From contig CM022671.1 of the NCBI GenBank assembly GCA_012295275.1, positions 35,898,001 through 35,962,000 of the forward strand: 64,000 bases of DNA, given 5' to 3'. The notes beneath the pieces were generated by a model, which saw nothing but the letters and a program-made list of their open reading frames with translations, made no database searches and was not told the DNA's origin. Shown in pieces: positions 59,626-64,000 of this stretch (positions are counted from its first letter, which is position 1; each line of letters opens with the position of its first letter). This DNA comes from Chrysomallon squamiferum (Eukaryota > Animalia > Mollusca). A program made the translations under genes and the position numbers.

Positions 59626-60680
59626 AATAAAATAACACACTGACAATGCTTCTGCTACATATACTTCAACTTACTGTCCCCTGTACCATGCAATGGTATT
59701 AATCAACAATGGATGCAAAATTAGAAAAATAAACAAACATTACATGCATTTCAAGTCAGTATATATTTGTTTGTTCATGAGCAAACTAAACAATCTAAAG
59801 GTAAAGGATGCAGCATTCAGTAAAATTAATTATTATTTTCAATGCTTTTCTAAATTAACGTTCTAAATTATGATGCTAATCTACAAAGACTGAACTAGAA
59901 ATGTAAAAATAAAATATTTCTAAAATCTACAGTTCATTCTTGTTTGAAACTATGAAAGTAACAAAGTAAAAACGAAAAACTTCTGTTAAAAATTCTACTT
60001 GTTTGTTCTGAAACTATAAAAGTAATAAAGTAAAGATAAGAAACTTCTGTTAAAAATTCTACTGTTAGTGCATACTTATTGATTATGATAACAAACACAT
60101 CTAAGAGATATGTGTATATATATTGTGTGATAACAAACACATCTAACTAAGACATGTGTAAATGTTGTGTTTACACTTGCATGGAAGGTATTATCGACAT
60201 TTTTACGTTTTTAATTATTCACAAAATATGAGCTTTGAGCAAAATAAAAAAAATATAAAAGAGCAATTTTTTTGTGAGAATACACATATGTCATGTAGAG
60301 GTAATTAATAACATAGAGACAGGTGTGGAAGATAAACATTCAAACTTGTGTTTAAATATTTTCATACAATCAGTATATTAACACTTGAAATGACAGTTTT
60401 TGAAATAAGCCAAAGATAAAGTAAACAAGTGAAAACTGAATAAAATAAGTGTTACATGTGTTGAGGTGATGTTTCTAAACGTTGTTTTGTGTCAGTAAAA
60501 ACTGATGTTTTAAATATAATTCTCATCCATGATTCAGTGCATCATCTTTGTCACACTGTGGTGGAATGTGCTACAAACACTTTGACAACTGTTACAATAT
60601 TTCACTATGTTAGAAATCCTAACAGCAACAAGCAGTCACAACATACACAGTGAATTATCTAATTCATTACAGCTGTTAAG

Positions 60681-60749
<69 letters not shown>

Positions 60750-63700
60750 TATTGTAAATTATGCTTTTTTTTTTTATTATTATCATTAACTCAGTTTTAT
60801 TACTGCTATTGCTTTTTATTCGTATTCTTTAGTAAATACATCTTACATTTCTTACTATGTTTTTAAAAAACATTTATTACTTCTTTTCATTTATATATTT
60901 TTTTAAATGAATAATACTACATAATTAACAATAACAAAACTATCACTGTAAACATCTACGTTAAATAATAAAAACGTGACGCTGTGATTGCCAAACAGTC
61001 ACGAGTACTGTCTTGTCACCAACATGAACTGTACACAACATTGTCAGCACCAGACAGCCAGTGAGTCATCTACACATCCTATCAGTTACTTCCAGTGTTC
61101 ACACAGACACACTTGTCTTTACAATGGACTCAGAATTACACCAAATACTTCACACTTTGATAATTACTTGTAGAACCAAAAACATCTGATTAAAGAACTA
61201 AATTTTATCAGAGTCCATTGTATTTAACTTACACACTGTTTCCGATTTTGCTATTAAATATTTGAAAATAATATTAGTGTTAACAGTTGTAGAAATCACC
61301 ATTATAAAAATAAATCATTACTAAAAAAAATAAAAATTGTATGTAATATTTAAATGAAGAAATAAAATTGAAAAGCCCCAGAAAATCACACAAAACATAA
61401 CAGTAACACACATACAAATGTATATACACCCACACTAACAGATACATGAGGAAAGGGATACAAAATAATTAAAACAAAGATGACTCAGTCAGTGTAGAAT
61501 TGTTGAAAATACATTTGTTCCTCCAGTAAACTTTTCTATGTAATTTCAGAGAAAGTAAAAGATGAAAACTACTAAATTTCTATTGGAAAACAACAAGAAA
61601 AAAACAACAAAGAACACAACATCAGTTAACATATATGGCCTAACCATTAATAAATGTGTAAAAGTAAAATGTTCTTATTAACAACCTGAAACAAACAATA
61701 GGTTAAAATTTCATGTATTTTAAAACAAGCTGTCTGGTCTGTGTAAATATTTAGTTGTGTGTATTCTTGGTCTCATTTTCAACAACATTACTGGCTAAAA
61801 TGTTTAGTAATTATTAAAATAATATCAAATGTGCACAAGGCACCTAAGTGATCTTTTCATATAAACAGTTTGTTAAAGTAAAAAATATGCAGTAAGTAAT
61901 GCAATAATTTTTAAAATACCTGTGCAACTAATTACAAAGATTCATGCATCCAAGCAAATACTAATATTAAAGAATGATTTTTAAAAGTCTACTTTACTAC
62001 TAATTATTAATAAATAAAATGTTTTACCAATTTGTTAATTTAAAGCTAAGTGAAAAAAGTCTAAATCTTCTATCATTCATTAAATCTAATATTAAATATT
62101 TTGCAGGCAAATATATCTTCTAAAACTCACCTTCTGTTCATGAGAAAAGATTTTGAAAAACAAAACATTTAACTTAGGACTGAACATGTATTAATGGATT
62201 ATTGTTTATTATTATTTATTTTAAATACATTTTTAAATATTCTTTTTTGAACATTGTATATATATGTAATGAAATTCAGACAACATGATAAAATAATGAA
62301 TGCTATTTTATTTGATTAATATTTGTGTCACAGATGAAAAACCAAAGTTAGAATATGCAGATAATGTAAACATTTTATAAATGCAACAGTTAATTATAAA
62401 TACATACCAACACTCACATATAAACACAAATATACATATATGTAAACACTGTAAACACACACACACACAAAAATATACCCCACCCCAAAACACACAAAAA
62501 TCCAAACAAAACCAGCACTGATTGTTATCTTCAGTAGTTTTAGTTATAGTTAAACACCAAATTTAAAATATTTTCTTAAAATTTAATAAACGTTAGTTTT
62601 ACAAACAATTTTTCATTTGTGTCTAATAAAACAATAAGTGATGTTTATAAAAGAGTATCTCATGTACTTACTCTGTTTGAAAGTCTGTTTATGTGACTAA
62701 TAAAACAATATCTGATGTTTATAAAAGAGTATCTTGTGTACTTACTCTGTTTGAAAGTCTGTTTGAGCAGCAGTGGCTCCAGGGAAGGGTCAAGCTCCTC
62801 GCCGACGTTCTCCAGCAGGAGAGGGTTGCCGAAGTTGATGCAGTTCTCGAGAGTTCTCATGTAGTCTGAGTCAGTCAGCTTGATCACTGAGAGTTTGTTG
62901 TCTTTCTCTGAGTTCTTCACCCACTTGTTAGCCTGGGCCTGTGGGTCAATCATCAGAGGCCTGTAAAATTAAATAAATAAATAAATACTTAAATATTAAA
63001 ATAAGTAAATAAATACTTAAATATTAAAATAAGTAAATAAATACTTAAACTATAAAATAAATAAATATTTAAAGAACAAAATAAAAAAAAAAAATTACTT
63101 AAACAATAAAACAAATAAACAAATATTTAAACAATAAAATAAATAAATACATAAACAATGAAATAAATAAATACTTAAACAATAATATAAATAAATAAAT
63201 ACTTAAACAATAAAATAAACAAAAAATACTTAAACAATTAAAATAAATAAAATATTTTTCATTATTAAAATAAAAAAAATTGAAATAAAAATAATCATGT
63301 AAAAAAAAAAGGAGAAATAATAATAACAACAATTTTAAAATAAACTAAATTTTCAACAAAAAACAAAGACAATAATATAAAATACAAAACAATGACTACA
63401 AAACAAAAGAAATAAAAATTACAAATAAATAAATAGGTAAATGAATAAATAAATAAAATGAACTAAAACAAAAATGAAGCATGCCCACCCTTTAGCAACA
63501 ACAAACAATTCTGAAATAAAATCTACACCATGTTTAAACTTGAGAAACCAACAGAATGTCAAAACATAAAATAAAAGATAAAATAAATGAATAAATTTGA
63601 AATTACCATCTGCGAGCATTAGCCACAATGACACCATTGTCGATGGAGAAAGCATCTTTTGGTAGTCCAGCGATATTCCACGCCTGAATTTTTATAGGCT

Positions 63701-63752
63701 CACCTAGAGTTTTACTTAGAGAAAAGTCTTTGGTGCATGGAATATCCTTTGA
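45123..63752 (-). CDS. DNAH12: Axonemal inner-arm dynein heavy chain, DNAH12-like; 3' part (AAA5, buttress, AAA6, C-terminal domain), 5'-partial, 1089 aa in window
   Basis: 18 exons per transcript (19 counting both alternative exons), all GT-AG and in frame. Contains [34 protein letters not shown] and [10 protein letters not shown] and ends LLCCLDD*. The segments [13 protein letters not shown] and [10 protein letters not shown] fit DNAH12 better than DNAH3/7 by my recall; this was not searched. Confidence 0.9.
45806..45897 (-). CDS. DNAH12: Dynein exon (VLSVD...[18 protein letters not shown])
   Basis: GT-AG, in frame. Confidence 0.95.
45925..46160. repeat. ~28-bp minisatellite (TAGAAATATACCATTTATTACAGAATAC) next to a dynein acceptor
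   Basis: About 8 copies. Confidence 0.88.
46327..46464 (-). CDS. DNAH12: Dynein exon (KWYDKG...[10 protein letters not shown]...DFE)
   Basis: GT-AG, in frame. Confidence 0.95.
46636..46840 (-). CDS. DNAH12: Dynein exon (LLSIIR...[11 protein letters not shown]...NFLQ)
   Basis: GT-AG, in frame. Confidence 0.95.
47168..47271 (-). CDS. DNAH12: Dynein exon (LPKDYD...[14 protein letters not shown])
   Basis: GT-AG, in frame. Confidence 0.95.
47634..47819 (-). CDS. DNAH12: Dynein exon ([16 protein letters not shown]...DILAK)
   Basis: GT-AG, in frame. Confidence 0.95.
48272..48643 (-). CDS. DNAH12: Dynein exon (QFEKLLFG...[13 protein letters not shown]...EFIK)
   Basis: Core of ORF 48206..48619; GT-AG. 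Confidence 0.96.
48925..49065 (-). CDS. DNAH12: Dynein exon ([17 protein letters not shown]...GKEL)
   Basis: GT-AG, in frame. Confidence 0.95.
49055..49226. repeat. 57-bp x3 tandem repeat containing the dynein 49065 acceptor
   Basis: Units start at 49055, 49112 and 49169. Confidence 0.95.
49499..49678 (-). CDS. DNAH12: Dynein exon (GPIAAK...WVLLQNCHL...[12 protein letters not shown])
   Basis: GT-AG, in frame. Confidence 0.96.
49905..50129 (-). CDS. DNAH12: Dynein exon (IIPAIT...[12 protein letters not shown]...ISLGQGQ), AAA6
   Basis: Core of ORF 49872..50144; GT-AG. Confidence 0.96.
50550..50694 (-). CDS. DNAH12: Dynein exon (DHFTKN...LRCIRPDK)
   Basis: GT-AG, in frame. Confidence 0.95.
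51635..51793 (-). CDS. DNAH12: Dynein exon (ARKDLK...FLLTGG...WLTDKSW...KKF)
   Basis: GT-AG, in frame. Confidence 0.95.
53313..53326. promoter_or_regulatory. RFX X-box-like GTTGCCAAGACAAC
   Basis: Motif match, adjacent to a TGATGTCA CRE-like element. Confidence 0.4.
53662..53802 (-). CDS. DNAH12: Dynein alternative exon B ([46 protein letters not shown])
   Basis: 141 nt, phase 2-2, TTTTTCAG acceptor, GTAAGT donor; canonical [14 protein letters not shown] motif. Confidence 0.93.
53889..54017 (-). other. Intronic RNA hairpin (arms ~53978-54017 and 53889-53929)
   Basis: CAGUUCUUGUUGUUAGCAGUGAUUUUGUUUGGUAAGUUAG pairs with CUACCUUACCAAGCAAAUCGUUCUGCAGACAACAAGAACUG. Three positions are G-U pairs on the transcribed strand but C-A mismatches on the other. 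Confidence 0.8.
53987..54020 (-). other. Candidate 34-nt poison cassette exon between dynein exons A and B
   Basis: CTTTCATCTTTTTTCAG acceptor and TG|GTAAGT donor; in-frame TAG and TGA; coincides with one arm of the inverted repeat 53889-54017. Confidence 0.55.
54217..54357 (-). CDS. DNAH12: Dynein alternative exon A ([46 protein letters not shown])
   Basis: 141 nt, phase 2-2, TTTTTCAG acceptor, GTGAGT donor, open frame; paralog of exon B. Confidence 0.85.
54333..55287. repeat. ~475-bp tandem duplication (54333-54804 and 54805-55287) including the exon A acceptor
   Basis: Near-identical copies differing mostly in TAA/TTA tract length; produces the twin ORFs at 54601 and 55085. Confidence 0.93.
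56900..57072 (-). CDS. DNAH12: Dynein exon (VAEETE...DPMYQYSL...SIHD)
   Basis: GT-AG, ends in phase 2. Confidence 0.95.
57421..57613 (-). CDS. DNAH12: Dynein exon (PELEEER...SEGNILEDE...KKQM), buttress
   Basis: GT-AG, in frame. Confidence 0.95.
57700..57960. repeat. ~53-bp degenerate tandem repeat (GACACACCAATATCATTTTGTA..)
   Basis: About 4-5 copies. Confidence 0.8.
58143..58335 (-). CDS. DNAH12: Dynein exon (GVEMIRLGD...[14 protein letters not shown]...VVAKER)
   Basis: GT-AG, phase 1 to 2. Confidence 0.95.
59945..60150. repeat. Two short local duplications (~63 bp and ~42 bp)
   Basis: AAACTTCTGTTAAAAATTCTACT twice; GATAACAAACACATCTAA twice. Confidence 0.8.
62622..62764. repeat. 74-bp tandem duplication containing the dynein 62746 donor
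   Basis: ACTTACTCTGTTTGAAAGTCTGTTT at 62666 and 62740. Confidence 0.92.
62746..62960 (-). CDS. DNAH12: Dynein exon (PLMIDPQ...[11 protein letters not shown]...KQTFKQ)
   Basis: AAA5 motifs; GTAAGT donor. Confidence 0.95.
63607..63752 (-). CDS. DNAH12: Dynein exon (SKDIPC...AWNIAGLP...NARRW)
   Basis: TTGCAG acceptor, GTAATT donor. Confidence 0.95.
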
Positions 63753-64000
63753 CTGCAAAATAAAATAAAATAAATAAAAACACAAATAAATAGATAAATA
63801 AATAAATAAATAAAAACATAAATAAATAGATAGATAAATAAATAAACAGAAATGACTAATAAGCATATATTGACAACAACAGACAAAACATTTTAAGTCA
63901 AGAATCAAATGTAATTTTAAGAATTAATTTTAAATTTAGTTATTAAATACTTAACAAATGCTGCTTGTTACTGTTTCATGTTGTCATAAAACAGCTTTAT

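Overview
AT-rich, microsatellite-rich animal genomic DNA with spliceosomal GT-AG introns. It is probably from a gastropod mollusc, inferred only from degenerate tRNA-SINE copies that resemble families I recall. I reconstructed two minus-strand genes exon by exon, with all splice phases and frames consistent: (1) a complete 10-exon CaMKI gene (ATG 38882 to TGA 7385, 333 aa, 19.7-kb intron 2); (2) the 3' 1089 codons of an axonemal inner-arm dynein heavy chain, best matching DNAH12 (63752 to TAG 45123). The most striking feature is a splicing module inside the dynein gene. It has two old, intact 141-nt paralogous exons (54217-54357 and 53662-53802) that look mutually exclusive. Between them is a 34-nt stop-containing cassette exon (53987-54020) whose body and donor are buried in an RNA hairpin. 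Other observations: several tandem duplications that copy splice sites, a CRE/YY1 plus-strand promoter with no apparent coding product between the genes, a bulged let-7-complementary site, and several RFX X-boxes. Most ORFs in the supplied track are microsatellite artefacts.
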